The notes: generated by a model not told the origin, from the letters alone. Counted from the first letter of the stretch, positions 54,156 to 63,837 are shown. The stretch is DNA of 64,000 nucleotides from Cyclobacteriaceae bacterium (GCA_003565295.1 PXCO01000129.1:45929-109928), one strand, 5' to 3'. Made by a program: numbers and translations.

Positions 54156-55034
54156 ATGATAGAATTACCTGTAATCTCCGAACATCAGACCAAACGTAAG
54201 AAGCCCGACTGGCTAAGGGTGAAACTTCCGATAGGAAAGGAATACGCTAAGGTCAGAAAGCTGGTAGATGAACATAAACTCCACACTATTTGCGAGAGTG
54301 GAAATTGTCCTAATATGGGAGAATGCTGGGGGGCCGGTACTGCTACTTTTATGATTTTGGGTAATGTTTGTACCCGATCATGTTCTTTTTGTGCAGTGGC
54401 CACAGGAAGACCGCCAGAATATGATGAAGATGAGCCGAGAAGGGTAGCAGAGGCCATTAAATTAATGGGGGTGAAGCATGCTGTTATCACTTCTGTGAAC
54501 AGGGACGAGCTGAAAGACAGAGGAGCAGAAATATGGTATCAGACCGTGGTGGAAACCAAGAGGCTTTCTCCAGAGACCACCATAGAGACCCTTATTCCTG
54601 ATGTTAAGTCAAGCTGGGATGCACTGATTCGCATGATTGAGGCAGGTCAGGAGGTGGTTTCTCATAATATGGAGACTGTGGAAAGACTTTACAGAAGGGT
54701 AAGACCGCAAGCCAAATACCACAGATCATTGGAACAAATAAAAAGAACCAAGGAATTTGGTAAGCGCACAAAGACCGGGATTATGTTGGGAATTGGGGAA
54801 AAGGTGGAAGAGGTACACAAAGCCATGGATGACCTGGTGGAGCATGGTTGTGATATCCTCACCTTAGGCCAATACTTGCAGCCCACCAAAATGCACATTG
54901 AGGTAGCTGAGTTTATACATCCTGAGCAATTTGAGGCATACCGTGAAGAAGGGTTAAAAAGAGGATTGAAATATGTGGAATCCGGCCCATTGGTAAGGTC
55001 CTCTTATCATGCCGAGCGGCATGTCAACGTATAA
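54156..55034 (+). CDS. lipA: Lipoyl synthase
   Basis: 292 aa. Auxiliary cluster '[12 protein letters not shown]' and radical-SAM 'CTRSCSFC'. Confidence 0.95.
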   Translation: MIELPVISEHQTKRKKPDWLRVKLPIGKEYAKVRKLVDEHKLHTICESGNCPNMGECWGAGTATFMILGNVCTRSCSFCAVATGRPPEYDEDEPRRVAEAIKLMGVKHAVITSVNRDELKDRGAEIWYQTVVETKRLSPETTIETLIPDVKSSWDALIRMIEAGQEVVSHNMETVERLYRRVRPQAKYHRSLEQIKRTKEFGKRTKTGIMLGIGEKVEEVHKAMDDLVEHGCDILTLGQYLQPTKMHIEVAEFIHPEQFEAYREEGLKRGLKYVESGPLVRSSYHAERHVNV

Positions 55035-55042
55035 TTTTATTG

Positions 55043-55067
55043 AAGCCCCCTCCATGGGGCTTTTTTA
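55043..55067. terminator. Rho-independent terminator after lipA (between convergent genes)
   Basis: Stem aagcccc / ggggctt (55043-55062) followed by a T-run. Confidence 0.7.
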
Positions 55068-55069
55068 TT

Positions 55070-55984
55070 TTATTTTTGATCAACATCTGATTTCTTTAAT
55101 TCATATTTGTAGGCAATGGATTTAGGTTCTACCTCCCTACCGCGGCTTAGGGAATAGGATTTTGTAATTACCGCACCCAGGTACAAAATGATGGAAGAAT
55201 AGAAAACCCAGAGCAAGAGTATAACCAGGGAACCTGCGGTGGCATAATATCCGTCCAAATCCAGGTTGTTTAATATCAGGTTGATTACCTCTTTTCCTAT
55301 CAGGAATAATACAGTGGTAATGGCACCCCCTATCAGTGCATCTTTCCAGGGAACCTTGGCATCCGGCAAGGCTTTGAGTATGGCCACAAAAAACAGGTAT
55401 ACCATGAGGAAGTTGAACAAAACAGCCCCGATTAGGATTAGCACTTGGGGGACGTGCTCCCAAATGAACCCAAGATGTTCACCGAACAAATAGAGTAAAG
55501 TTTCTGCCAGCAAGCTGATGACCAATAAAAAACCCAAACCGGCCACCAATGCAAGTGTGACAGACCGCTGTAGGGTGATTTTGAAGAAGTTTGCCCCTTT
55601 TTTTACATCCACCTTCCAAATCGCATTGAGTGCCTTTTGAAGGATGAAAAATATCATTGTGGCACTTTTAATGATTACCGCAATACCCACGATGATCCAC
55701 CAAATTTGATCGGGTAGATCCATCACATTTTCCATCACTTTTTCCACTTGTTGTGCAGCATCCGGGTCTATGTTTTCACTCACCAGGGAGCGTATTTCTT
55801 CCCTGATCTCATCTTCTGAGAAGAAAAGCGTGCCTATGAGAATAATGATGATCAAAATGGCAGGTAAGGAAAATAGCGTGAAAAAAGCAATGGCTGCACA
55901 GTAAACGACGGGCTCTCCCTCCTTTAAATGTTCGTAGGTGGTATGTAAAATTTTACGGATGTTGGAAAAGTACCTGTTGTTCAT
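55070..55984 (-). CDS. YihY/BrkB family membrane protein
   Basis: 304 aa, about six TM segments. N-terminal region and overall layout are typical of the YihY (formerly 'RNase BN') family. Confidence 0.7.
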   Translation of the reverse strand: MNNRYFSNIRKILHTTYEHLKEGEPVVYCAAIAFFTLFSLPAILIIIILIGTLFFSEDEIREEIRSLVSENIDPDAAQQVEKVMENVMDLPDQIWWIIVGIAVIIKSATMIFFILQKALNAIWKVDVKKGANFFKITLQRSVTLALVAGLGFLLVISLLAETLLYLFGEHLGFIWEHVPQVLILIGAVLFNFLMVYLFFVAILKALPDAKVPWKDALIGGAITTVLFLIGKEVINLILNNLDLDGYYATAGSLVILLLWVFYSSIILYLGAVITKSYSLSRGREVEPKSIAYKYELKKSDVDQK

Positions 55985-56110
55985 ATTGTGTTGGATTCAG
56001 TTGATGGTAAATTATCAACCCAAATTCGTGCCCAATTTTTGAGGGTATAATTGTGCCTAGAAAACCAAGTTACTTTTGATTACCTTTACGTGCCAAAAGC
56101 AATAAATGTC

Positions 56111-56842
56111 ATGAACAAAGCTTTTAATGTCATCTACGAAGACAATCATTTCCTTGTGGTAAATAAAAGGCCGGGAATTTTAGTGCAGGGCGATGCCACA
56201 GGGGATAAGACCCTTACGGATTATTGCAGGGAATATATTGCAAAAAAATATGATAAACCTGGCAAAGTTTTTTTGCATCCTGTCCATAGATTGGACAGGC
56301 CTGTTAGTGGCATAGTGGTTTTTGCCCGTACCTCAAAAGGACTGGAGAGGATGAACGAGCTCTTTAGAAAAAGGCAGGTACATAAAATTTACTGGGCCAT
56401 CACCAAAAAGCGCCCTAAGGATGAAAATGGCAAATTGGTACATTGGTTAAGCAAAGATGAAAACAACAATGTAGTAACTGCCCATGATATGGAAAAGGAA
56501 GGCACCAAAAAAGCTGAACTTACGTATAAAAGACTTGGGAAGCTCAACGACCACTGGCTAGTGGAGGTAAGACCTATTACCGGAAGACCCCATCAAATTC
56601 GGGTACAATTGGCAGCTTTGGGCTGCCCAATCAGGGGGGATGTTAAGTACGGGTTTCCGAAAGCGAACTCAGACGCCAGCATCCATTTGCATGCCTTTCA
56701 GCTCGTCTTTGTGCACCCGATAAAGAATGAAAAACTCTTTCTCAGGGCTGCGCTACCAGAGGAGGCCTTTTGGGAGCAGTTTTATGAATTTGAGGACGTG
56801 AAAGTAAAGGACCAATATTTGAACAGTACCTTTAGTGGTTAG
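56111..56842 (+). CDS. RluA-family pseudouridine synthase
   Basis: Catalytic motif 'HRLDRPVSGIVVFA' and 'GRPHQIRVQ'. Start placed at the ATG at 56111 ('MNKAFNVIYEDNHF'). Confidence 0.9.
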   Translation: MNKAFNVIYEDNHFLVVNKRPGILVQGDATGDKTLTDYCREYIAKKYDKPGKVFLHPVHRLDRPVSGIVVFARTSKGLERMNELFRKRQVHKIYWAITKKRPKDENGKLVHWLSKDENNNVVTAHDMEKEGTKKAELTYKRLGKLNDHWLVEVRPITGRPHQIRVQLAALGCPIRGDVKYGFPKANSDASIHLHAFQLVFVHPIKNEKLFLRAALPEEAFWEQFYEFEDVKVKDQYLNSTFSG

Positions 56843-56847
56843 CTAAT

Positions 56848-57765
56848 ATGTTAAAAACGTTGAAATCCAGATTTTTGAATCCTTTAGGGCTGGGCATCCT
56901 AAGGTCTCTCCTTGCATTCTTACTGCTTTCTTTTCCCTTACAAGCGCAGGATAAAGGCGTTTTTTGGGAAATATCAGGCCCAGGCCTTTCAAAGCCTTCT
57001 TATTTGTTTGGGACTATTCATTTGATTTGCGAACAGGATTATAAACTAAGCCAGGAGGTAGCCGATAAACTTAAGGACTCTGAAGCTTTGATCATGGAAG
57101 TGGACATGGATGACCCATCCTTGGCCTTGTCCATGCTTTCTAAGATGCAGAACGATGAGGGAGAAAGTATCACTGATTACCTGAGTGAAGAAGAATACCA
57201 GGCTACTCGCCGGAAACTCAAAGAAAGAACGGGGGTGGACTTGGACATGCTTAAGCAGATGAGACCATTTATGCTCATGTCACTTATTTATCCCAACCTG
57301 CTGGAATGCGAAATTAAGTCATACGAAAATGAATTGATGAAATTGGCAAAATCCCAACGGTTGGATATCAGGGGTTTGGAGTCGGTAGATGATCAACTTT
57401 CTGTATTTGACCAGATTCCCCTTGAGGAACAATACCGAAGTTTTTTTGAATATGCCGAAAACCTGGAAAAGGGGAGGCGAGAGTTCAGAAAATTGATAGC
57501 TACTTACCTTAAGGAGGATATAGAATTGTTGGTGAAAATGGTTTCCGAAAGCCCCGAATACAAGGCCTATCAAGATATCCTTTTAGATAAGCGAAACCAA
57601 AACTGGATAGCCCCTATGGAAGCTTTGATGAAAGAAGGCACTATGTTTTTTGCAGTTGGGGCAGGGCACTTGGGCGGTGAGAAGGGGTTATTAAGATTGC
57701 TGGAAAAAAAGGGGTACAACCTAAAACGTCTAGGAAATGGGAATCAATTAAGTGATAATAAATAA
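56848..57765 (+). CDS. TraB/GumN family protein
   Basis: 305 aa with a signal peptide. 'YLFGTIHL' N-terminal motif and C-terminal 'FFAVGAGHLGGEKGLL'. Confidence 0.75.
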   Translation: MLKTLKSRFLNPLGLGILRSLLAFLLLSFPLQAQDKGVFWEISGPGLSKPSYLFGTIHLICEQDYKLSQEVADKLKDSEALIMEVDMDDPSLALSMLSKMQNDEGESITDYLSEEEYQATRRKLKERTGVDLDMLKQMRPFMLMSLIYPNLLECEIKSYENELMKLAKSQRLDIRGLESVDDQLSVFDQIPLEEQYRSFFEYAENLEKGRREFRKLIATYLKEDIELLVKMVSESPEYKAYQDILLDKRNQNWIAPMEALMKEGTMFFAVGAGHLGGEKGLLRLLEKKGYNLKRLGNGNQLSDNK

Positions 57766-57794
57766 ATTAAACCTGGTTGGTATATAATTCCTCT

Positions 57795-57895
57795 TGAAAA
57801 TCGAGCCTGTCCTGACGGCAGTCAGGGCATGACCCAAGCGACACGAAAAGGGATGCCCGGATAGCTACTGGAGCAACAGGCGATATTTCCCCGTA
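57795..57895. repeat. GC-rich structured intergenic repeat, copy B (inverted relative to copy A at 5916-6020)
   Basis: aaatcgagcctgtcctgacggcagtcagggcatgacccaagcgacacgaaaagggatgccc (57798-57858) is near-identical to the reverse complement of 5958-6018. Confidence 0.8.
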
Positions 57896-57896
57896 A

Positions 57897-58433
57897 ATGA
57901 CGGCTGAAAAAAAATATAAACACATGCAAATTCAATCTTTATTCTTCATTGGCGCCTTTGTTCTGTTACTTGGATTAAATGCTTGTGATAGGGGGCCGGA
58001 AAGAAACTTATACATCGTAAGGCACGCTGAAAAAATCATGACAGGCGATGATCCGGATTTAGCCGAAGAGGGTAGGTTAAGGGCCGAAAACCTTAGGAAA
58101 ATACTGGAGGATAAGGACATCCGGCATGTCTTTAGCACGCCAACTATCCGCACCAGGGCCACCGTAGCCCCTATAGCCCGGTCAAAGGGTGTGGAAATAA
58201 TGGAATATGACATCAATGATCATGATGCCCTTGTAGATAAAATCAAAACTGTGGATGGAGATGTGCTGGTAGTAGGCCACTCAAATAGTATTCACCATCT
58301 AGCGAATTACTTTGTGGGTCCAGGCGGAGAATTTGAAGAAATTGAGGATGCTGACTATGAGGGGATTTATGTGGCTTCCATTAACCGAAATAAAGCGGTG
58401 AGAAAAACCTACAGGGAGATGATGCCCAATTAA
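57897..58433 (+). CDS. Histidine phosphatase family (SixA/PGAM-like) lipoprotein
   Basis: 178 aa. Lipobox 'LLGLNAC', catalytic 'IVRHAEK' (RHG-type) and 'VVGHSN'. Confidence 0.75.
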   Translation: MTAEKKYKHMQIQSLFFIGAFVLLLGLNACDRGPERNLYIVRHAEKIMTGDDPDLAEEGRLRAENLRKILEDKDIRHVFSTPTIRTRATVAPIARSKGVEIMEYDINDHDALVDKIKTVDGDVLVVGHSNSIHHLANYFVGPGGEFEEIEDADYEGIYVASINRNKAVRKTYREMMPN

Positions 58434-58912
58434 TAGGGTGATTTCGGATGTAGGGTTAGCTCATCAACAATTGTTTTGATGCAGGTGCCTAGTTGCTGTT
58501 CCACTTCAAAATCCCAAAATCGGATCACCTTCCAGCCATTCTTACGATAAAATTGGTTTACCTCCTGGTCCCTTTGTTTGTTTCTTTCTATTTTTGATAT
58601 CCAAAATTCTTTGTTGGTCCTGATTTTTTGCTTTTTCTCCATCCAGTTATGGCCATGCCAAAATGCGCCGTCCACAAATACCACCAGGCGGTATTTTACA
58701 AATGAAATGTCAGGATTTCCCGGAAGCCTGTTTTTACATTTTCTATATCTTACTCCCGTTTTCCAAAGCCCCTTTTTTAAGCGTGTCTCAGGCTTGGTTC
58801 CCCGGGCTTTAATTTTTGCCATATTCCTGGAGCGCTTCGGGGTGGTGTAGAATCCATTTGACTCACAGAATCGAGGTACAGCTATTTTTGGTGGGGGATA
58901 TTTTTTGGGCAT
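58430..58912 (-). CDS. vsr: Very-short-patch repair endonuclease
   Basis: 'RSRNMAKIKARGTKPE', 'PGNPDISF' and 'VVFVDGAFWHGH' are Vsr hallmarks. Start placed at the ATG at 58910-58912. The 3' end overlaps the convergent phosphatase gene by 4 nt. Confidence 0.85.
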   Translation of the reverse strand: MPKKYPPPKIAVPRFCESNGFYTTPKRSRNMAKIKARGTKPETRLKKGLWKTGVRYRKCKNRLPGNPDISFVKYRLVVFVDGAFWHGHNWMEKKQKIRTNKEFWISKIERNKQRDQEVNQFYRKNGWKVIRFWDFEVEQQLGTCIKTIVDELTLHPKSPY

Positions 58913-59023
58913 GTCCCTGATTGTTGATCTTGCTCCAGCGTTTTTTATAACGTAAAACCCTAACAAAAATCATCTTGAATTAATGCCAATGCCGATGAAA
59001 TTTGCTTCATTATTAAAGATATT

Positions 59024-60214
59024 ATGCAAATCATGGTCAATCCATGCCGTGGGATTTGCATACCTTACAATAAGCCTCTAATTTTATCCAAAAGTTTCAG
59101 CCAATCAAAGGCTGTGTCAATGAAGTTGAAGAAAACTGCCAAGTTTTCACAGTATACCAATACCATGGAAGAGGAACAAACCAAGCAGCAAGTCGAAGTC
59201 AAAACTATCGGGCTTCTTTATTTACCACAAGAGGCCAAAAACCTGAAATATGAAAAATACCTAACGGATATTGAAAGCAACATCATTTACTATGATTCGG
59301 ATAAGATAGATGATGAGAACTTAAACTATAAATTTTTGCTTCCCACTTTTGAAAAAGCCAAGGAAATGGAAGCCGATTTTGTGTTAGGCTTTGACAAACT
59401 CCTGCAAAGGAGTCTTATAGGTTACCCTAATGGTGACGGCAAATATTTGGTACTGAATGCCCACCAGCAAGCAGCCATTCTATCGGCCAACTTCCTGAAA
59501 GGGAGCTTCGGGTCGGATAATCCCAGCCCGGTAATTGTGAAAGGGATTGTGTTGAGTCAGCAAATCGATAAAATAGTCACCAGAAATGAGGGTGTTTATA
59601 AGGATTCCCATGCTGGTTATACGGCCTTGAAGGAGATCTTGGAAAAGGAGCGGTCGGGTAATCAAGAAGGAATGGCATTTGATGAAAGGAACCATGTACT
59701 GCTACATCCGGATCCGAAAGAGAATGCCAAAATGTTGATTGCGTTCGTCAAAGAATTGGTGCAGAAACTTAAATCTCAAGAAAAATCCATTTATCTGGAG
59801 CATATAGACCTTCAGATCATTTACAAATTATATGGAGAAAAGACCTTTAACATTTCTACCCCTGGGAAAAACAAAAAAATATTTGACCGGTTCCGCACAA
59901 AGCCACCGGCAGACGCCATCAATGAAGAATTGGTCACCATTACTGATTTCAAGAAGGAAGTCTTTCATAACAAACTGACTGGAAGAAAAGGAGGAACTGA
60001 CCTTGGCCAATTGGATCTAGTTCAGCTTGAATATACCAGTGGCCTTAAAATCACCGTGGAAATGATGGATGAGGGTGAAAAGCTCTTCCTGCATCTGAGT
60101 GATTTTATTGATTGCTATAACAGGACGTCATTTCCTGATGCCCGAAAAAACATACATGATAGATTACTTAAAATTGTGGTGTCATTGGGAAAGGTGGTCA
60201 TCAATCTCCCTTGA
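59024..60214 (+). CDS. Hypothetical protein resembling a degenerate alpha-D-phosphohexomutase (domains II-IV), with catalytic motifs lost
   Basis: 'ADFVLGFDKLLQR...GDGKYLVLNAHQQAAILSANFL' aligns by eye to the PGM domain-II 'ADLGIA.DGDGDR...G..l.gd.llall' region. 'AFDERNH' stands in for GEESGH and 'EMMDEGEK' for RPSGTEP. The start is uncertain (59024, 59120 or 59165). Confidence 0.45.
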   Translation: MQIMVNPCRGICIPYNKPLILSKSFSQSKAVSMKLKKTAKFSQYTNTMEEEQTKQQVEVKTIGLLYLPQEAKNLKYEKYLTDIESNIIYYDSDKIDDENLNYKFLLPTFEKAKEMEADFVLGFDKLLQRSLIGYPNGDGKYLVLNAHQQAAILSANFLKGSFGSDNPSPVIVKGIVLSQQIDKIVTRNEGVYKDSHAGYTALKEILEKERSGNQEGMAFDERNHVLLHPDPKENAKMLIAFVKELVQKLKSQEKSIYLEHIDLQIIYKLYGEKTFNISTPGKNKKIFDRFRTKPPADAINEELVTITDFKKEVFHNKLTGRKGGTDLGQLDLVQLEYTSGLKITVEMMDEGEKLFLHLSDFIDCYNRTSFPDARKNIHDRLLKIVVSLGKVVINLP

Positions 60215-60302
60215 CCTAGAGAGTAATTTCATATGCAATATTATATATAATAAACTTGTTTCCATTTGTTTCAGTTTTTAACCCAGGATAACCTTATTTA
60301 CT

Positions 60303-61382
60303 ATGTACCCAATTATCAGGAGTTGTTTCTTCATCGCTCTATTTATCATTTCCCCCTTCATTTTAATAGCACAAGAAGGGGAGGAATTTAAATCCCCGGC
60401 ATTAAGCGAGAAAGATGCCTGGACCATGGTTCTTTTTCCGGATACTCAATCCTATGTGAAATTCAAGAGAAACCAACCCATATTAGACATGATGGCTAAT
60501 TGGGTATTAGAAAATAGGGAGAAGTTAAACATTCCTCTGGTTTTGCATGTAGGCGACCTTGTGGAACACAACGCATGGGCCAACCCTGATGGTGAAGCGG
60601 CAAACCAGCCCGGCAAATCCCAGTGGGAGGCGGTAGCAAAATCCATGGGGGCATTTGATGGAAAGATCCCTTTCATTGCAACCACGGGAAACCATGATTT
60701 TGGTATCAAAAATGTTGAAAACCGAAATACCTCTTATGCGGATTATTTCCCAGTGGATAAAAACCACCTTACCCAGGCTATGCTTAAGGATGTGGCAGAA
60801 GGAGAAGACGGTATGCCCCTTCTCACCAATGCCACCTATGAATTTATAGCCCCCGACCAAAGGAAGTTTTTAATTTTGGTATTGGAATTTGCTCCCAGGG
60901 ATGCCTATCTTGAATGGGCAATTGAGAGGGTGAACGACCCCAAATACGAGGAGCATGTGGTAATCTTGTTGACCCATACTTATTTGAACAGGGACAGTGA
61001 GCATATTGAAACTGAGGGCTATCCCATTGAGGATAAAAACTATGGAAAGGAAGTGTTTGAAAAGCTGGTTAAGCCCTCCAAGAATATTCAAATGGTTTTT
61101 TCCGGTCATATTGGAGCTCCTGACAATCCTGAGGGGCATGTTGGGTATAGGGAGGATAAAAATGCTGCGGGAAAGACCATACATCAAATGACCTTTAACG
61201 CTCAAGCACTCGGAGGTGGATGGCATGGCAATGGTGGCGATGGATGGCTGAGGATGCTGGAATTTCAGGGCAAGGAAGTAAAGGTAAATACATTTTCCCC
61301 ATTGTTCGCAATTTCACCCAGCACCCGTCATCTAGCTTGGGGGAGTGGTGCCTTTGCCCCGTTTTCCTTTGCATTGGATTAA
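60303..61382 (+). CDS. Secreted metallophosphoesterase (calcineurin-like)
   Basis: 359 aa with a signal peptide. Motifs 'HVGDLVEHN', 'TGNHD', 'LLTHTY' and 'SGHIG'. Confidence 0.75.
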   Translation: MYPIIRSCFFIALFIISPFILIAQEGEEFKSPALSEKDAWTMVLFPDTQSYVKFKRNQPILDMMANWVLENREKLNIPLVLHVGDLVEHNAWANPDGEAANQPGKSQWEAVAKSMGAFDGKIPFIATTGNHDFGIKNVENRNTSYADYFPVDKNHLTQAMLKDVAEGEDGMPLLTNATYEFIAPDQRKFLILVLEFAPRDAYLEWAIERVNDPKYEEHVVILLTHTYLNRDSEHIETEGYPIEDKNYGKEVFEKLVKPSKNIQMVFSGHIGAPDNPEGHVGYREDKNAAGKTIHQMTFNAQALGGGWHGNGGDGWLRMLEFQGKEVKVNTFSPLFAISPSTRHLAWGSGAFAPFSFALD

Positions 61383-62329
61383 TGAGGGAGCACATGCACA
61401 TTATTGCTATCTATTTGCCAAGGATTTATGCTTTTGCTAAGGCCATTACTCCCCTGTTTATCTTGGCGCTCCTTGGGTGCGGTCAATCGGATAAACAAGA
61501 GGGATTATTAACTTTATACATCTCACAACCATCCAATCAGGTGCTTGAGGTTGTTCGGGAAGGTAGCGATTCTCCACTTCTCGTACAGCATGTGGCAGAG
61601 GGAAAAAGACCTTATATTCATCCCATAATAGCCCCGGACGGACAGGGTCTACTTACGGAGTTTCAACCCAGCCACCACCTTCATCAAACAGGACTGTATT
61701 GGGGGCTAAAAGAAGTAAATGGCAGGGATTTTTTCATGAACTGGGAAGCGGATCACTGGAGGAGGGTTGATTGGCAAGTGCATAAGGAATCAGGAGATAA
61801 GGTATGTTGGGAGACCTACTATGAGATGCTAGGTGAGGATAATGGGGTAATGATGAAGGAAAGGCAGTTATGGGAATTTAGCTCTACAGAAAGTACCTAT
61901 GAGATGGACCTGCTTTGGACAGGGGAAGCCCAGCGGGAGCTGGTGATGGGGGAATTCTATGTAGGAGGGCTATTTTTGCGGATGCCCTGGTACAAAGGTA
62001 TAGAAGGGAAAGCCGTAAATGCTGCCGGGCAGGAAAACCAGGATGCGGAACAGCAAAGGTCGAATTGGTTGGACCTGGGCCTAAAAGTGGAAGGTAGGGA
62101 AGATCTAGCACATGTGGTTATTTTTGACCACCCCGATAATCCGGGTTTTCCCAATCCATGGCGTGTGGATGGAGAATTGGGAATAGGCCCTTCACGACAG
62201 ATACTCGGGGATTGGCACCTAAGCAAAGGAGAAAATGTACAATTCAGGTATAGAATTTTTTGTTATACCGGTGATTTTGACCGCAATAAGGTAATGGAGG
62301 TTTGGAATAAATTCGCAACGGATTATTGA
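61382..62329 (+). CDS. PmoA-like (DUF6807-type) lipoprotein
   Basis: Start at the ATG overlapping the upstream TAA (TAATG). Lipobox 'LALLGCGQ'. 'KRPYIHPIIAPDG...FQPSHHLHQTGLYWG' matches the pattern I associate with this family. Tentative. Confidence 0.5.
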   Translation: MREHMHIIAIYLPRIYAFAKAITPLFILALLGCGQSDKQEGLLTLYISQPSNQVLEVVREGSDSPLLVQHVAEGKRPYIHPIIAPDGQGLLTEFQPSHHLHQTGLYWGLKEVNGRDFFMNWEADHWRRVDWQVHKESGDKVCWETYYEMLGEDNGVMMKERQLWEFSSTESTYEMDLLWTGEAQRELVMGEFYVGGLFLRMPWYKGIEGKAVNAAGQENQDAEQQRSNWLDLGLKVEGREDLAHVVIFDHPDNPGFPNPWRVDGELGIGPSRQILGDWHLSKGENVQFRYRIFCYTGDFDRNKVMEVWNKFATDY

Positions 62330-63585
62330 ATGAGTTGAAACAAGATCATTCCTAAAGAAAACAGCCCCAAAAACAAAATACCCGCCATTGCCAGGACTTT
62401 CATGGGTTTACCGGGTTTATGTTCCTCAGGCAAGTGATCACCAAAAGTGAGTTTATAGTTCATAATGGCGATAATCGGTGCAATTAGAAATGAGATGGTG
62501 GTAGCAATATTGATCAGCAAGGTGAAATGGTTTAGAAAAAAAGCAATCACGAAAAAGCCTCCTGACGCTGTTATGCTGAGCCAGAATAAATAGTTTTTTG
62601 TGGAGGCCTTGGTATGCTGGATCACCCCTATCACTTCTGCAGTTGACCGCGAATAGCCGTCCAATACCCCTATACAGGTGCCGAGCATAATGGTGAACCC
62701 TGCGGCAGCGATGAGAAAAAAGCTCCAATCACCCAGACTTGCAGTGTAAAGCCGCACTATTCCCAAGGCAAAGCCAACATTGTTATCAGGTAAGGCCTTG
62801 CCTGTGTCAAACATGAGAAAGGCGCCCATTCCCATAAAGCAAAGCGCCAAAAATGCAGAAACCCAAAAACCTATGTTGAATTCCACCAGTGTTTCTTTTA
62901 AGCTGGGCCGGTAGCGGCTTTGTCGGATTCGGGCAAGGGTCCAGAGACTGTTCCAGGTAGAAGAGTCTATAGCAGAAGGCATCCAGCCCATCAGGGCAAT
63001 GATAAAAGGGATGGATTGAGCAGTGGGCATAGGATTGAAAACTTGGAAAGTGTTTTGGCTCTCTGGACCACGAGCCAATACTAGTGCAAAAGCCAGGAGT
63101 GTACTTATCAGCATAAAGGTTCCTATTACTTTTATGCCTTTGTCCAATAATGCATACCTCCCAAAAAACAAAAACAAATAGCTGAATAAAAACAACATCA
63201 AACTGGGGATGAAGAAATAATCCTCACCTAAAGAAAACCCTAGAAGGTTTTGCAAAAAACCTGCGGTCACCAAAGTGACAGCTGCGTTTACGAAAAACAT
63301 GGATACTAAGTTAACACCCAGGTACAAGTATGAAAACCATGGACTGGTTAAGTGATATCCCGCAATCAGGGATCTGCCGGTGGAGGAGGCATAACGGGAC
63401 CCAAACTCAAAAAATGGCCACTTGAAAAGATTTGCAGCCAACACAAAAAACAACAAGCCAAAGCCATATTCTGCTCCTGCCCTGGTGCTTTGCACCAGAT
63501 GAGAAACACCAATTGCCGTACTGGCAAATAAAATGCCCGGGCCGAGGGTTTTCTTAAAAGAGTTTAATTTTTCGCAATTGGCCAT
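62323..63585 (-). CDS. Nramp-fold transporter with a non-canonical metal-site motif
   Basis: 420 aa, about 11 TM segments. 'LGPGILFASTAIGVSHLVQSTRAGAEYGF' aligns to MntH '[28 protein letters not shown]', so DPGN becomes GVSH. The TM6 region 'GWMPSAID' corresponds to 'VMPHNL'. Confidence 0.75.
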   Translation of the reverse strand: MANCEKLNSFKKTLGPGILFASTAIGVSHLVQSTRAGAEYGFGLLFFVLAANLFKWPFFEFGSRYASSTGRSLIAGYHLTSPWFSYLYLGVNLVSMFFVNAAVTLVTAGFLQNLLGFSLGEDYFFIPSLMLFLFSYLFLFFGRYALLDKGIKVIGTFMLISTLLAFALVLARGPESQNTFQVFNPMPTAQSIPFIIALMGWMPSAIDSSTWNSLWTLARIRQSRYRPSLKETLVEFNIGFWVSAFLALCFMGMGAFLMFDTGKALPDNNVGFALGIVRLYTASLGDWSFFLIAAAGFTIMLGTCIGVLDGYSRSTAEVIGVIQHTKASTKNYLFWLSITASGGFFVIAFFLNHFTLLINIATTISFLIAPIIAIMNYKLTFGDHLPEEHKPGKPMKVLAMAGILFLGLFSLGMILFQLIQ

Positions 63586-63837
63586 GTCTTACTGGAATAG
63601 TTCAAATAATGAATTTGTTGCAACCATCCCCCAATATATTGCCTTAAAACCATTTATACCTACGTTTTTAGAAGTTTTGAGCAACTAATTTGAAAAAGTT
63701 GGCCTGGGTGTGGCAAGAGCGTCGTCAATCAGTTCTGGGCAAATATAACTAAATGATCAAGCATTAGTCCCTATCCCATCCTTGATTTAAGGCTTGGAAC
63801 ATGTTCATGATTACGGTAGTTGGAATTCAAAGTGCAG

